Source: Candidatus Nomurabacteria bacterium
GTDB lineage: Bacteria; Patescibacteriota; Minisyncoccia; Phycocordibacterales; CALRBL01
NCBI GenBank assembly: GCA_963834935.1
Contig: CAWIDS010000001.1
Span: forward strand, 65,338-129,337
Direction of reading: 5' to 3'
Length of the DNA stretch: 64,000 nt
This document shows, piece after piece, positions 1 through 10,379 of this stretch. Below the pieces are notes generated by a model. The model did no database searches, had not been told where the DNA came from, and saw only the letters and a list, made by a program, of their open reading frames with translations. Position numbers and translations under genes: made by a program. Within the stretch, counting starts at the first letter, position 1, and each line of letters begins with the position of its first letter.

Positions 1-751
1 CCAGGGTTTTGACCCACTCAGACTTTCCTTCGGTCCGCCTGAACGGCAGATTCTGGACAGCATGGATATGGACAGTGTCACGCTCAGGCGACGCAGGTTG
101 TCTCTTCGGTTCGCTGGTTTGGAGATAGGTGCGACGGAACACTATTCCGTGCTCCGTTTCTTCTATCCTGGCACGAATATCCACTTCGCCTCGCCACACA
201 AAGTGCCTCACTTCACTACTGCGCTCCAGCTGCTTTCAACCCTCGATAAGAAGGGCGAGCCGGCAGAAGTCGAAGTCGAGCCACCATGGTACACCGTAAA
301 AGGCAATTGTGGCTGGCCGTATCCGGAAAAAAGAGGGGGCGGAATTGCCTATACCTCGATCCGACCTAATTCTCGGAAAAGGATTGAGATCAACGTGACG
401 GCGAGGTTTCGGAAATTTGGCGAGAAAACCAGTCGTTTCAACTTCCCGAACCTGCAGCTCATGAGGAATATCCTAATAAGCCCCGCACCTGGAATTCCTT
501 CTTGGCTCGAAAAGCCCGCACGGAAGCTCTGGTCTCACGGGGACGATACATTCTGGCCTCAGGTATCGGACGTCGAAGTGGCGATGACTCACATTATCCA
601 TCACCGCGTTCAGGATATCTTGGGTGCGATCGCTTTGATAAAGTCGCCTGTTCCGAGAGCATTCCCGTCGCTGACGATCACTTCCGTCTGTTCGGGACAC
701 CGCGCCGACTTCAACGCCATCAGCATGGCAACCACCACACCGCTTGCATAG
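1..751 (+). CDS. Divergent LpxC-like Zn-dependent deacetylase fold protein (probably 5'-truncated by the window edge)
   Basis: Frame is open from nt 2. Motifs ATEH, HHRVQDILGAIAL and SGHRAD match LpxC TVEH, HKxLDxxGDL and SGH in order and approximate spacing. Confidence 0.5.
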   Translation, partial: QGFDPLRLSFGPPERQILDSMDMDSVTLRRRRLSLRFAGLEIGATEHYSVLRFFYPGTNIHFASPHKVPHFTTALQLLSTLDKKGEPAEVEVEPPWYTVKGNCGWPYPEKRGGGIAYTSIRPNSRKRIEINVTARFRKFGEKTSRFNFPNLQLMRNILISPAPGIPSWLEKPARKLWSHGDDTFWPQVSDVEVAMTHIIHHRVQDILGAIALIKSPVPRAFPSLTITSVCSGHRADFNAISMATTTPLA

Positions 752-762
752 GGTGTTTTTTT
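737..762 (+). terminator. Weak intrinsic terminator
   Basis: ACACC-10 nt-GGTGT followed by a T run, overlapping the stop codon. Confidence 0.45.
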
Positions 763-1537
763 ATTTGAATATTTTGGTCCTCTTTATACTCCATGCTACA
801 CCAAACATTCCCATTTTCTCAGCAATCTTTTCCGCAAGCGTACGCATATATGTCCCGGAGGAGCAGCTTACTTTCATTTTGAATGCCTGGAATGATGCCT
901 GGTCTGCTTGCAAAAGATTTTCCTGCCAGGAATTCACGATCTCTCCCTGACGAAAGTCTCCTTTCACTTTTGATATCCTTCCGATCGCTTGTTTCAAGAT
1001 GTCCTTTCCTCTCATCTCTGAGGCATCGAGCAATCCTATCAAGTAAATTTCCGAGCTTCTTTCCGGGATTTCGATCTCATCAAGCTTTCCTTCCCTCGCC
1101 CATTGAAAAAGAGGCTTGCCGCTGACAGTCTTCGACGAATAATGCGGATAAGGCTGATCAAATTTTCCGATGAATGATTTCAAGACTTCGCTCAATTCAT
1201 CTTCAGATATTTTTTCTTGCGGCCCTTTGCTGACTTCAACCACCTTTCCCAGAATGTCACCGGTATCGGTCCTTAATCCCAAAAGCACTTCGACTTCATA
1301 TTCTTTGTCCAAGCCGAGATATTTCTCACGATTCTTGTTCTCCTCGCCGACAAGGACGAGCAAGACTCCTTCTGCTATCGGGTCGAGCCTTCCAGCATAG
1401 CTAAGTGTCGAATGGGCATACAAAGGCTCTTCCATCCGCAAGCGCGTCAGGCATTCAAGAGGCGTCTCTCCTTCATTCTTCCAGAATTCGATTGTCGGCT
1501 GCCGCTGAAATTGAGGTGTAGTTTGGTTTTTATCCAT
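761..1537 (-). CDS. truB: tRNA pseudouridine(55) synthase TruB family
   Basis: YAGRLDPIAEGVL catalytic Asp motif, TDTGD, YSSKTVSGKPLF, CSSGTYMRTL. Confidence 0.88.
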   Translation of the reverse strand: MDKNQTTPQFQRQPTIEFWKNEGETPLECLTRLRMEEPLYAHSTLSYAGRLDPIAEGVLLVLVGEENKNREKYLGLDKEYEVEVLLGLRTDTGDILGKVVEVSKGPQEKISEDELSEVLKSFIGKFDQPYPHYSSKTVSGKPLFQWAREGKLDEIEIPERSSEIYLIGLLDASEMRGKDILKQAIGRISKVKGDFRQGEIVNSWQENLLQADQASFQAFKMKVSCSSGTYMRTLAEKIAEKMGMFGVAWSIKRTKIFK

Positions 1538-1567
1538 ATTTAATTTACAATAGCCATACTACTTAAT

Positions 1568-2857
1568 ATGAGCGAAATGGCAAAAAAACTTTCAACCGAG
1601 GAATACAAAGGCGTTCGGGATTTCTATCCTGAAGACATGGCAGTCCAGAACTACATTTTCGGCATCTGGAGAAAGACACTCGAAAGCTTCGGCTACTCGG
1701 AATATGATGCTTCTATCCTCGAACCGACCGAGCTCTATGAAGCCAAGTCAGGCGAGGAACTCATCAATGAGCAGACTTACACATTCATCGACCGCGGCGG
1801 CCGCAGCGTCACCTTGCGGCCCGAGATGACGCCGACAGTTGCTCGCATGGTGGCCAAAAGGCGCCGCGAGCTTGCCTTCCCGCTCAGATGGTATTCCATT
1901 CCCAACCTTTTCCGATATGAGCGTCCTCAGCGCGGCCGCGTGCGCGAGCACTTCCAGCTCAATGCCGACATTTTCGGGGCTGAAAGTTCAGAAGCTGAAA
2001 TCGAACTCGTCAGCATCGCCGACACAATCATGAAGAATTTCGGGTTGAATGCGAAACAATTCGAGATCCGTCTCAGCAGCCGCAAGCTCATCAATGCCAT
2101 TTTCTCAGAATGGTACGAATTGGACGAAGAAAAAGCCAAGAAGATGCAGAAACTTATCGACAAGAAAAGCAAGATGGGCGAGGAAGAGTTCGAAAAGAAG
2201 GCTCAGGAAATAACTTCAGGCTCGTTCAGTTTTCTCAACCTCTCGAAACACAGCGAAGTCCGCGACGAAGCCCTTGCCATGCCGATGATCCGAGAAGCAT
2301 ATGACGAACTGCATGCTGTCATCGCTCGCTTGCATACCCTCGGAATCGCCAATGTCAGCTACGACCCCGAGCTTATCCGCGGCTTCGACTATTACACCGG
2401 CATCATCTTCGAAGTCTTTGACACGCATCCTGATAACAATCGTTCTCTTTTCGGCGGCGGCCGCTATGACGGGCTGATTTCGCTTTTTGGCGAAGACAAC
2501 GTGCCTGCCGCTGGCTTCGGAATGGGAGATGTCACTATCCGCGATGTCCTTGAGACCTATTCCCTTCTTCCTGAAAACCTCAGCGAATCGGAAACGAAGG
2601 TTTCCTTGCTCTGTATGAATGAGCAAGCGATCAGCCACTCAGAAAAGCTTGCTTCTGTCTTGAGAAAAAACAACATCAATTGTTCTGTGAATTTTTCGCT
2701 TAAGAAAATATCTGACCAGATCAAGCATGCAGAAAAATCTCGAATCCCTTATGTAATCGTTATCGGCGAAGATGAAATAAAGAATGAAATGTACGGCTTG
2801 AAGAATATCATCACTGGCGAAGAAAGGAAATTTGCCGCTGAAAAAATATCATTATGA
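1568..2857 (+). CDS. hisS: Histidine--tRNA ligase
   Basis: GVRDFYP, LRPEMT, FRYERPQRGRVREHFQ, RGFDYYTG, GGGRYD. Confidence 0.97.
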   Translation: MSEMAKKLSTEEYKGVRDFYPEDMAVQNYIFGIWRKTLESFGYSEYDASILEPTELYEAKSGEELINEQTYTFIDRGGRSVTLRPEMTPTVARMVAKRRRELAFPLRWYSIPNLFRYERPQRGRVREHFQLNADIFGAESSEAEIELVSIADTIMKNFGLNAKQFEIRLSSRKLINAIFSEWYELDEEKAKKMQKLIDKKSKMGEEEFEKKAQEITSGSFSFLNLSKHSEVRDEALAMPMIREAYDELHAVIARLHTLGIANVSYDPELIRGFDYYTGIIFEVFDTHPDNNRSLFGGGRYDGLISLFGEDNVPAAGFGMGDVTIRDVLETYSLLPENLSESETKVSLLCMNEQAISHSEKLASVLRKNNINCSVNFSLKKISDQIKHAEKSRIPYVIVIGEDEIKNEMYGLKNIITGEERKFAAEKISL

Positions 2858-3429
2858 AGAAAATAGTTTTCGATATCGAGACGAAGAACGTCTTCCAGGA
2901 CGTCGGCCGCGCTGACCCTGTCCTTTTAGATGTATCAGTTGTTGGTATTTATGATTACGAGAGCGACCAGTATCTCGCCTTTTTGGAAGAGGATTTCTCC
3001 AAGCTCTGGCCGTATTTCGAGAAAGCAGACATGATCATCGGCTATAACAGCGATCACTTTGATATTCCTATTCTCAACAAATATTACCCCGGCGACCTGA
3101 CAAAAATAAAAAGCCTCGATCTGATGGCTGAGATACGCAAAAGCCTCGGACGTCGCATCGGCCTCGGAAACGTGGCTGAAGCAACACTCAACGTCGGCAA
3201 ATCAGCCAACGGCCTTGAAGCTGTCCAGTGGTGGAAAGAAGGAAAGATTGAAGAGATAAAAAAATATTGCCTACAGGACGTGAGGGTGACCAAAGATCTT
3301 TATGAATACATGCAAAACCGCAAGTCTGTCCGCTATAAGGACGGAAACGAGCTGAACAATCTGAACATAAATACTGACGGCTGGGATACGCCTATCGATG
3401 CAGGAATGACTTTTAGTTTAGGATTCTGA
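2854..3429 (+). CDS. DEDD / RNase H-like 3'-5' exonuclease domain protein
   Basis: FDIET, YNSDHFDIPIL, YCLQDV exonuclease motifs. Confidence 0.8.
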   Translation: MKKIVFDIETKNVFQDVGRADPVLLDVSVVGIYDYESDQYLAFLEEDFSKLWPYFEKADMIIGYNSDHFDIPILNKYYPGDLTKIKSLDLMAEIRKSLGRRIGLGNVAEATLNVGKSANGLEAVQWWKEGKIEEIKKYCLQDVRVTKDLYEYMQNRKSVRYKDGNELNNLNINTDGWDTPIDAGMTFSLGF

Positions 3430-3478
3430 ATGAGCTTCAGTTTACTTTTTCCCCTTTTGCGTGTAATACTGTTTACTC

Positions 3479-5797
3479 ATGAAGCTACTTATCGTTGAAT
3501 CACCCGCCAAAGCAAAGACAATTTCCAAATATCTGGATGGTGCTTATACCGTGACCGCTTCGATAGGACACATCCGCGATCTGCCCAAAAGCAATAAGAA
3601 AGCGATCGATATTGAAGCGGGTTTTGTTCCGCATTACGAGATTTCAGCCGGTAAGGACAAAGTGGTCAGCGAGATCCGAGCACTGGCAAAAAAAGCCGAT
3701 GAAGTGATACTCGCGACTGACCCCGATCGCGAAGGAGAAGCGATTGCCTGGCATATCAAGGAGGCTGTCGGCCTCAAGAATCCGAAACGGGTGGTCTTCT
3801 ATGAAATCACTAAAGATGCAGTCCAAGAAGCCATCAAGCATCCTCGAGATATCGATGACAACCTCAAACAAGCCCAGGAAGCCCGTCGTGTGCTCGATAG
3901 ACTCGTCGGATACGACCTTTCCGGGCTCATCTGGAAAAAAGTGCGTTACGGCCTTTCTGCTGGACGCGTTCAGTCTCCCGCTCTCCGAATCATAATGGAA
4001 CGAGAACGCGAAATCCGTGCTTTCAAACCGGAGCAATTCTGGGTCATCACCGCTGATCTGAAAAATGCAAAAGGAGAAAACCGCACTCTCACTTATGTCT
4101 GTTCTGAAGAACCTCGTGATAAAAGCGAAATGGAGAGAATCGTCAAGCTCGGCGAAGAAGCGGGCAAGAAAAATAACAATCAAGGCGAATGGAAAATCGT
4201 GGACATTTCGGAAACCGAAGTCAAAAGATCTCCGCGCGCGCCATTCATCACTTCAACCTTGCAGCAGACAGCCAGCTCCCGCCTCGGCTTCACACCTGCA
4301 CGCACCATGTCAGTTGCCCAACGCCTCTACGAAGCGGGTTTGATCACCTATATGAGAACTGACAGCACCAACTTGAGCAAAATCGCTTTGGAACAAATTT
4401 ACAGCACTATCGAAAAAGAATACGGAAAAGAATACCTCTCGCCCCGCACTTACAGTGCTAAAAGCAAGAATGCCCAAGAAGCTCATGAAGCGATCCGACC
4501 TACAAACGCAGCGGTTAAAGACGCCGGTGCCAACGACGAACAGAAAAAACTCTACAACTTGATCTGGGCACGGACAGTCGCCTCGCAGATGTCTGACGCA
4601 AAGACTCTTCGGACGAAAATTTCAGCGAACATCGCAAAAGAAGCCGATGGCAAAAAAGCCATTCCGGATTTTACCATCAACGGCTCGCGTGTGCTGTTTC
4701 CTGGCTGGCTCATCGCCGATTCCGGAGCTCGCGGAGAAGACGTGGAATTGCCTGCATTCAAAGTCGGCGATCCGCTTGAATTGATTGAGATCAGAAGCGA
4801 AGAGAAGTTCACCGAGCCGCCTCCTCGTTACAGCGAAGCAGGACTCATCAAAGAGCTCGAGAAGCGAGGGATCGGACGCCCTTCCACCTATGCCTCAATC
4901 ATCAAGACCCTTGAAGATCGGCAATACGTTGAGAAAATAAACAAGGCGCTCAAGCCGACTGACACTGGAGATGTCGTTTCAAGCTTCCTCGAAGATAATT
5001 TCGCCTCGTACATCAGTGATTCATTCACTGCCGAAATGGAAGACAAGCTCGACGCAATGGCCGAAGGCAAAGCTGAATATGTAAAGACTCTGCGAGATTT
5101 CTATCTTCCCTTCACCAAAGAAGTGAAAGAAAAGGAAAAGACCGATAAAATTACTAACCTCGGCGACGCAGATCCTAAATACAAATGTCCGAAGTGCGGA
5201 TCGCCGATGGTCATCAAGCTTTCTCGAAACGGAAAGTTCCTAAGCTGTGCGCGATATCCGGATTGCGACGGCGGACTGACTCTCGATGGAAAAGAAATCC
5301 AAAAAGACACGCCTATCGGAATCCATCCAGAAACAGGCATGCCAATTTTCGTCAAGATCGGCCGCTTCGGACCTTACGTGCAGATGGATCCTGGAGAAGT
5401 CTCCGCGGACGAAGCGTCCGCACAAGTGTCCGCGGAAGCCGCTCCCATGTACACAAAGACAGGAAAAATTAAAAAAGCCAAGAAACCGAAGAAGCCTAAA
5501 AAGGTAAAACCCCGCATGGCCAGCATTCCTAAAAATATCGATCCAGAAAAAATAACTCTTGAAGAAGCGGTAATGTGCCTCTCGCTTCCCCGAAAGCTGG
5601 GTGAGCATCCCGAAACCGGCAAGACCATCACCGCGAGTGTCGGCCGCTTCGGCCCCTACATTGTCCATGACGCTGATTTTCGATCGCTAAAAGGAGAAGA
5701 TTCCCCTTATACTATTACCCTTACCCGCGCTCTCGAGATATTAAAAGAAGAAAAGAAGGTACGAAAAGGAGGATTTCGATTCCAAAAGAAAAAATAA
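3479..5797 (+). CDS. topA: DNA topoisomerase I
   Basis: IVESPAKAKTI, ATDPDREGEAI, SAGRVQS, ITYMRTDS, C4 zinc finger and C-terminal GRFGPY repeats. Confidence 0.98.
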   Translation: MKLLIVESPAKAKTISKYLDGAYTVTASIGHIRDLPKSNKKAIDIEAGFVPHYEISAGKDKVVSEIRALAKKADEVILATDPDREGEAIAWHIKEAVGLKNPKRVVFYEITKDAVQEAIKHPRDIDDNLKQAQEARRVLDRLVGYDLSGLIWKKVRYGLSAGRVQSPALRIIMEREREIRAFKPEQFWVITADLKNAKGENRTLTYVCSEEPRDKSEMERIVKLGEEAGKKNNNQGEWKIVDISETEVKRSPRAPFITSTLQQTASSRLGFTPARTMSVAQRLYEAGLITYMRTDSTNLSKIALEQIYSTIEKEYGKEYLSPRTYSAKSKNAQEAHEAIRPTNAAVKDAGANDEQKKLYNLIWARTVASQMSDAKTLRTKISANIAKEADGKKAIPDFTINGSRVLFPGWLIADSGARGEDVELPAFKVGDPLELIEIRSEEKFTEPPPRYSEAGLIKELEKRGIGRPSTYASIIKTLEDRQYVEKINKALKPTDTGDVVSSFLEDNFASYISDSFTAEMEDKLDAMAEGKAEYVKTLRDFYLPFTKEVKEKEKTDKITNLGDADPKYKCPKCGSPMVIKLSRNGKFLSCARYPDCDGGLTLDGKEIQKDTPIGIHPETGMPIFVKIGRFGPYVQMDPGEVSADEASAQVSAEAAPMYTKTGKIKKAKKPKKPKKVKPRMASIPKNIDPEKITLEEAVMCLSLPRKLGEHPETGKTITASVGRFGPYIVHDADFRSLKGEDSPYTITLTRALEILKEEKKVRKGGFRFQKKK

Positions 5798-5813
5798 AAA
5801 AATATCTTAATTT

Positions 5814-6845
5814 CTACAAGCTGAAATTCCGCACCGAATAAAGCTCTTCATCGTCATCCTTTTTCTCGGGGATGATTTCAGGGACGATAGGCTGCGGGGC
5901 GTTAGCTTGAGGCTGCTCTACCGGCAGACCGTTGGCATCAAGGATCTGCTTTTCGATGTGGGCTTCGAGCATGTCGTTACCGGTCTTCCTGGCAGCATTC
6001 GAATTCAATATCTCGAGAAGGGTTTGGAGGTCTTCATCGGAGAAAAAGTCGATATGGAGCTTGCCGCCAGTTTCCGTCTTCTCGATCGAGACACGGGTGC
6101 CGAGCGATTCGCGAAGTTGCTCTTCTATCTCGACGATCTGCGGATCAATAATGCGTTCTTTCTTACGGGCTCGCTCGACGGCGATCTTTCGGGCGATAAG
6201 TTCCGCCTCGCGGACATTAAGCTTCTTGAAGATGATCTCCTTGAAAAGGGTATCCTGCTCCTGTGGTCGGTCAGTAAGCATGAGAAGCGGGCGCGTATGG
6301 CCTTCAGTAATTCTGCTTTGGGAAAGCGCTTCGAGCATATGCGGTGGCAGAAGAAGGATACGGAGAGAATTCGAGACGTATTCGCGGCTCTTGCCTACTT
6401 TTTCAGCGATAGTGGCGTGCTTGAATCCGAATTCCTTGATGAGCTGGTCGAATGCCTTGGCTCGGTCGACAGGGTTCAGGTCTTCACGCTGGATGTTCTC
6501 AATGATCGCAAGCTCGAGCTTCATCAAGTCATTGTCCTCTCCGGCGCGGATGAGCACCGGCACTTGGCTGAGCCCCGCAATTCGCGAGGCGCGCAAGCGG
6601 CGCTCTCCGGCTATGAGCTCGTACTCGACACCAAGGCCTCCGTCTTCTGTGACGAATTCCTTGCGCGTCACCACAAGCGCCTGCAAAACGCCGTATTGGC
6701 GGATCGAATCCGCGAGGGCTTTGAGAGCCATCTCATCAAAATCCTTTCGCGGTTGGAATGGGTTAGGCTTTATCTTGTCGGTCTCTATCCAGAAAATGGC
6801 ATCATTATAGAATTGCGACGGCTGATTTTGGTTTTGCGGAGACAT
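5814..6845 (-). CDS. parB: ParB/Spo0J family partition protein
   Basis: PNPFQPRKDF, IAGERRLRAS, ENIQREDLNP, helix-turn-helix region. Confidence 0.93.
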   Translation of the reverse strand: MSPQNQNQPSQFYNDAIFWIETDKIKPNPFQPRKDFDEMALKALADSIRQYGVLQALVVTRKEFVTEDGGLGVEYELIAGERRLRASRIAGLSQVPVLIRAGEDNDLMKLELAIIENIQREDLNPVDRAKAFDQLIKEFGFKHATIAEKVGKSREYVSNSLRILLLPPHMLEALSQSRITEGHTRPLLMLTDRPQEQDTLFKEIIFKKLNVREAELIARKIAVERARKKERIIDPQIVEIEEQLRESLGTRVSIEKTETGGKLHIDFFSDEDLQTLLEILNSNAARKTGNDMLEAHIEKQILDANGLPVEQPQANAPQPIVPEIIPEKKDDDEELYSVRNFSL

Positions 6846-6879
6846 TATCAGCTCATTTTATCATGCGTCACAGGCATTG

Positions 6880-7572
6880 TCATTCACGATTCTCTTTGCG
6901 CCATTCTTCTATCATCTTGTGATTGCCGGAGAGCAGCACTTTCGGTACTTTGTATTTCTTTCCTTTGTATTCGAGGATTTCGGGACGGGTGTAGACGTCT
7001 GATGATGCGGCGCGGCTTTCTTCAAGCGAAGCATGGTCGCCAAGCACTCCTTCGATCTGGCGCGAAACGGTATCAATCATCAGCATGGCGGGAAGTTCGC
7101 CGCCAGTGAGCACATAATCCCCTACTGAGACCTCTTCGGCTTTAAGGATCTTCTTCACTCGAGCGTCGATTCCCTCATAGCGCCCGCAGATAAAAATAAT
7201 GTCGGTGAATTTTTTGGAAACTGCCTTGATATACGGAGTGTCCAGCTTCTTTCCAGACGGCGAGAAGAAGATTATCTTGATCGCAACCTTTTTGCCCTTT
7301 GATTTTTTTTCAATGCCTTTAATCGCCTTCTCTACGGCATTAAGCACAGGCTTCGCCTGTATGACCATGCCAGGGCCGCCACCATAAGCCTTGTCATCGA
7401 CACGCAAGTAGGGCTTCTCGTTTTTCTTCTGAGCCTTTGTCGGCTTTACCATCTCTCGCGGATTATAAAAAAAGAAATCGATCAATTTCTTTTCCTTAGC
7501 ACGAAAAAGCATCGACTCGCTGAGGTACGAATCGAACATTTGGGGAAATAGAGAGATGATATGAAAACGCAT
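6880..7572 (-). CDS. trmD: tRNA (guanine-N1)-methyltransferase
   Basis: VDDKAYGGGPGM, CGRYEGID, SVGDYVLTGGE, YTRP. Confidence 0.97.
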   Translation of the reverse strand: MRFHIISLFPQMFDSYLSESMLFRAKEKKLIDFFFYNPREMVKPTKAQKKNEKPYLRVDDKAYGGGPGMVIQAKPVLNAVEKAIKGIEKKSKGKKVAIKIIFFSPSGKKLDTPYIKAVSKKFTDIIFICGRYEGIDARVKKILKAEEVSVGDYVLTGGELPAMLMIDTVSRQIEGVLGDHASLEESRAASSDVYTRPEILEYKGKKYKVPKVLLSGNHKMIEEWRKENRE

Positions 7573-7881
7573 TTAGATCTTCAAGTCCTCGAGTGCTTCG
7601 TCGACGCTTTTCATCTGAGGTTCCTTCAATGGGCTGCCTTCAGGCTCGTTGATTTTCAGGTTGACCCGGGCATCATTCTTCATTCCGACAACGCGAAGGA
7701 GAGTTCGGATAGCTTTTGCAGTGTTTCCCTGCCGGCCGATGATCTTTCCCATATCTTCCGGAGCGACAAGAAGAGTCATGAGCACGCCCATCTCGTCGAC
7801 GCTTCGGGTAATTTTTACTTCTTCAGGCTTTTCTACGAGAGCTTTGACTACATATTCCAGAAATTGTGTATCTGATTCCAT
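7573..7881 (-). CDS. KH-domain RNA-binding protein (KhpA/YlqC family)
   Basis: DMGKIIGRQGNTAKAIR; typical position between rpsP and trmD. Confidence 0.9.
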   Translation of the reverse strand: MESDTQFLEYVVKALVEKPEEVKITRSVDEMGVLMTLLVAPEDMGKIIGRQGNTAKAIRTLLRVVGMKNDARVNLKINEPEGSPLKEPQMKSVDEALEDLKI

Positions 7882-7953
7882 ATTGTTTCGTTCGGCTAAT
7901 TGGTAATAGGAGTATTATAGTACAGAAAATCCAAAGTTGGAATCAAAACAGAA

Positions 7954-8307
7954 CTAGGCAGCTGGAGCAGTTTCTGCTGCGGCTGCGGGAGCGGCTGCCT
8001 CCGGAGCAGCAGGAACTTCTTCCTTCTTTGGAACGGTCTTTTTCGGAAGAACATTAACCTTCTTGCCGGTAATGACTTTCTTTGAGATAAGGAGATTATT
8101 GACAGTACCGGAAAGCTGGGCACCTTTGGAAACCCAGTGCTTTACGCGTTCTTCCTTGATAAGGGTGGTGCTATCGCGGCGGGGATCATACGAGCCAACA
8201 ACCTCAAGCGATTTGCCGCTCTTGGTGCTGTTTTTTGAGTCTGTAACCACGATACGAAAAGTGGTCTCGTGAGTCCGTCCTGTGCGTTGAAGTCTTATGG
8301 TAAGCAT
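7954..8307 (-). CDS. rpsP: 30S ribosomal protein S16
   Basis: MLTIRLQRTG, FRIVVTDS, GSYDP, GAQLSGTV. Start placed at ATG 8307, downstream of a TGC-TAGACT -10. Confidence 0.95.
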   Translation of the reverse strand: MLTIRLQRTGRTHETTFRIVVTDSKNSTKSGKSLEVVGSYDPRRDSTTLIKEERVKHWVSKGAQLSGTVNNLLISKKVITGKKVNVLPKKTVPKKEEVPAAPEAAAPAAAAETAPAA

Positions 8308-8434
8308 GGCTCGCAGTCTAGCAAAGTTTTCAAAGGAGGTCAAATGCCTGTCTTAGGGGATTTAAGGCTAGCGGGTACGATTCTTCTCATGTCCATAAAT
8401 TTCAAATTCGGCGATTTTCTGCTATCATCAAGCC

Positions 8435-10363
8435 ATGAATACAGGTAATCCCGTGGTGACCGGAAAAATGAGTATCACTAGCAAAGGTATAGGCTACATC
8501 AAGAATACTGAGTTTTCCGAAGATTTGGAGATACAAAATAATTTTCTCAATACAGCTCTCCATGGCGATGAGGTGGAGGCAATTCTGCATGCCAAAGTGG
8601 AAGGCATGCGCCAGAACGGCGAAGTAATCAAGATCCTCAAGCGGGCAAAGCAGAACTTCGTCGGCATCCTCGAGAAAGCCCATGGTATGCATTTCCTCGT
8701 GCCAGACGACAAAAAGATGTACATGGACCTCGTCATTCCTGAAGGAAAGACCATGAATGCAAAAGACGGCGAAAAAGTGATGGTTGAAATGACCAAGTGG
8801 ACCGATCCGAAAAAGAATCCCGAAGGGAATGTCATTAAGATCCTCGGGAAAAAAGGCGACAACAATGTCGAGATGGAATCGATCGTCCTTGAGAAAGGCT
8901 TTGACACTGACTTCCCTGCCGAGGTCACTGAAGCGGCTCATGATATCGAGCACTCCCAAAGGAAGATTACGGATGAAGAAATAGCATTGCGCCGAGACAT
9001 GCGGCGGGTATTCACTACAACCATCGACCCTGCGGATGCAAAAGATTTCGACGATGCCATTTCCGTGATAGAGCTTCCGAACGGAAACTACGAGATAGGC
9101 ATACATATTGCCGATGTCTCGCATTATGTCCGGGAAGGCAATGCCCTCGACAAAGAAGCCATCAAGCGGGGCTGTTCGGTCTATCTTGTCGACAGAACCA
9201 TCCCCATGCTTCCCCACGTACTCTCGAACGATGTCTGTTCCCTCAATCCTCACGAAGACAAGCTGACCTTCTCGGCAGTATTCGAGATAAGCCCTAAGGG
9301 AGAAGTGCTTTCGAAGTGGTTTGGAAGAACGGTCATCAATTCCGACAAGCGTTTCGTCTACGAGGATGCCCAAGATGTCCTGAATGCGGGCTCCGGCGAA
9401 TTCTTCAACGAACTATTCATTTTGAAATCGATCGCCAACATCTTGCGAAAGCAGAAGATCGCCAACGGCGCCATCGATTTCGAGACCACTGAAGTGAAGT
9501 TCCGCCTCGATGAGAACGGCAAGCCGCTTGAAGTCTACAAGAAGGAACGCCTTGATACGCACAAGCTCGTCGAGGAATTCATGCTTCTCGCTAACCGCGA
9601 AGTGGCACAGTATCTCGTCGAAGAACACCTGAAAAGGAAAGAAGATCCTATTGGCGTCTATCGCGTGCATGCATCGCCGGAAAAAGACCGCCTCAGCGAG
9701 CTGTCCATCTTTCTCAAAGCACTCGGTTATGAGCTCGATGTTAAAAAGGATGTCACGCCGAAGGATATTCAGAAAGTGCTCAAGGAAGTCGAGGGTGATC
9801 CGAACGAGAACCTCATCAAGACTGCTACCATCCGCTCGATGGCCAAAGCAATCTATAGCTCCCACAATACCGGCCACTTTGGCTTAGCCTTCAAGTATTA
9901 CACCCACTTCACTTCCCCTATCCGGCGCTACCCAGACCTGCTCGTTCATCGCCTGCTCCAAGACACCCTCGACGGCAAGAAGACCGACAGCAATCACGCC
10001 GCATTTTATGTCGGCGCCTGCCGCCAATCTTCGGAACGCGAGGTGCTGGCTTCCGAGGCTGAGCGAGCTTCTGTCAAATACAAGCAGGTCGAATACATGA
10101 TGGAGCGCGTCGGTCAATCTTTCGGAGGCGTCATCACTGGAGTGACTGAATGGGGTATTTACGTCGAAGAAGAAGAGACGAAATGCGAAGGCATGGTCAA
10201 GCTACGCGACCTTACTGACGACTTCTATACTCTGGACCAGAAAAAATACACCGTCACTGGCAGCAAGACCAAAAAAAGTTACACTCTCGGAGACAAGGTG
10301 AAAATAAAGGTGTTAGGTGCCGATATGGAGAAGAAGATCATCGACTACGCATTCGTGGTATGA
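8435..10363 (+). CDS. rnr: Ribonuclease R
   Basis: TIDPADAKDFDDAI, HIADVSHYV, YTHFTSPIRRYPD, C-terminal S1 domain. Confidence 0.96.
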   Translation: MNTGNPVVTGKMSITSKGIGYIKNTEFSEDLEIQNNFLNTALHGDEVEAILHAKVEGMRQNGEVIKILKRAKQNFVGILEKAHGMHFLVPDDKKMYMDLVIPEGKTMNAKDGEKVMVEMTKWTDPKKNPEGNVIKILGKKGDNNVEMESIVLEKGFDTDFPAEVTEAAHDIEHSQRKITDEEIALRRDMRRVFTTTIDPADAKDFDDAISVIELPNGNYEIGIHIADVSHYVREGNALDKEAIKRGCSVYLVDRTIPMLPHVLSNDVCSLNPHEDKLTFSAVFEISPKGEVLSKWFGRTVINSDKRFVYEDAQDVLNAGSGEFFNELFILKSIANILRKQKIANGAIDFETTEVKFRLDENGKPLEVYKKERLDTHKLVEEFMLLANREVAQYLVEEHLKRKEDPIGVYRVHASPEKDRLSELSIFLKALGYELDVKKDVTPKDIQKVLKEVEGDPNENLIKTATIRSMAKAIYSSHNTGHFGLAFKYYTHFTSPIRRYPDLLVHRLLQDTLDGKKTDSNHAAFYVGACRQSSEREVLASEAERASVKYKQVEYMMERVGQSFGGVITGVTEWGIYVEEEETKCEGMVKLRDLTDDFYTLDQKKYTVTGSKTKKSYTLGDKVKIKVLGADMEKKIIDYAFVV

Positions 10364-10379
10364 TTCAGTAGGAGGTTAC

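Noticed and set aside
5907-7109. Long plus-strand ORFs (400 and 292 aa) and similar antisense ORFs elsewhere (8402-9373, 30921-32864, 44383-45402, 63053-63940)
   Set aside because: They lie opposite well-supported genes and show no motifs; shadow ORFs.
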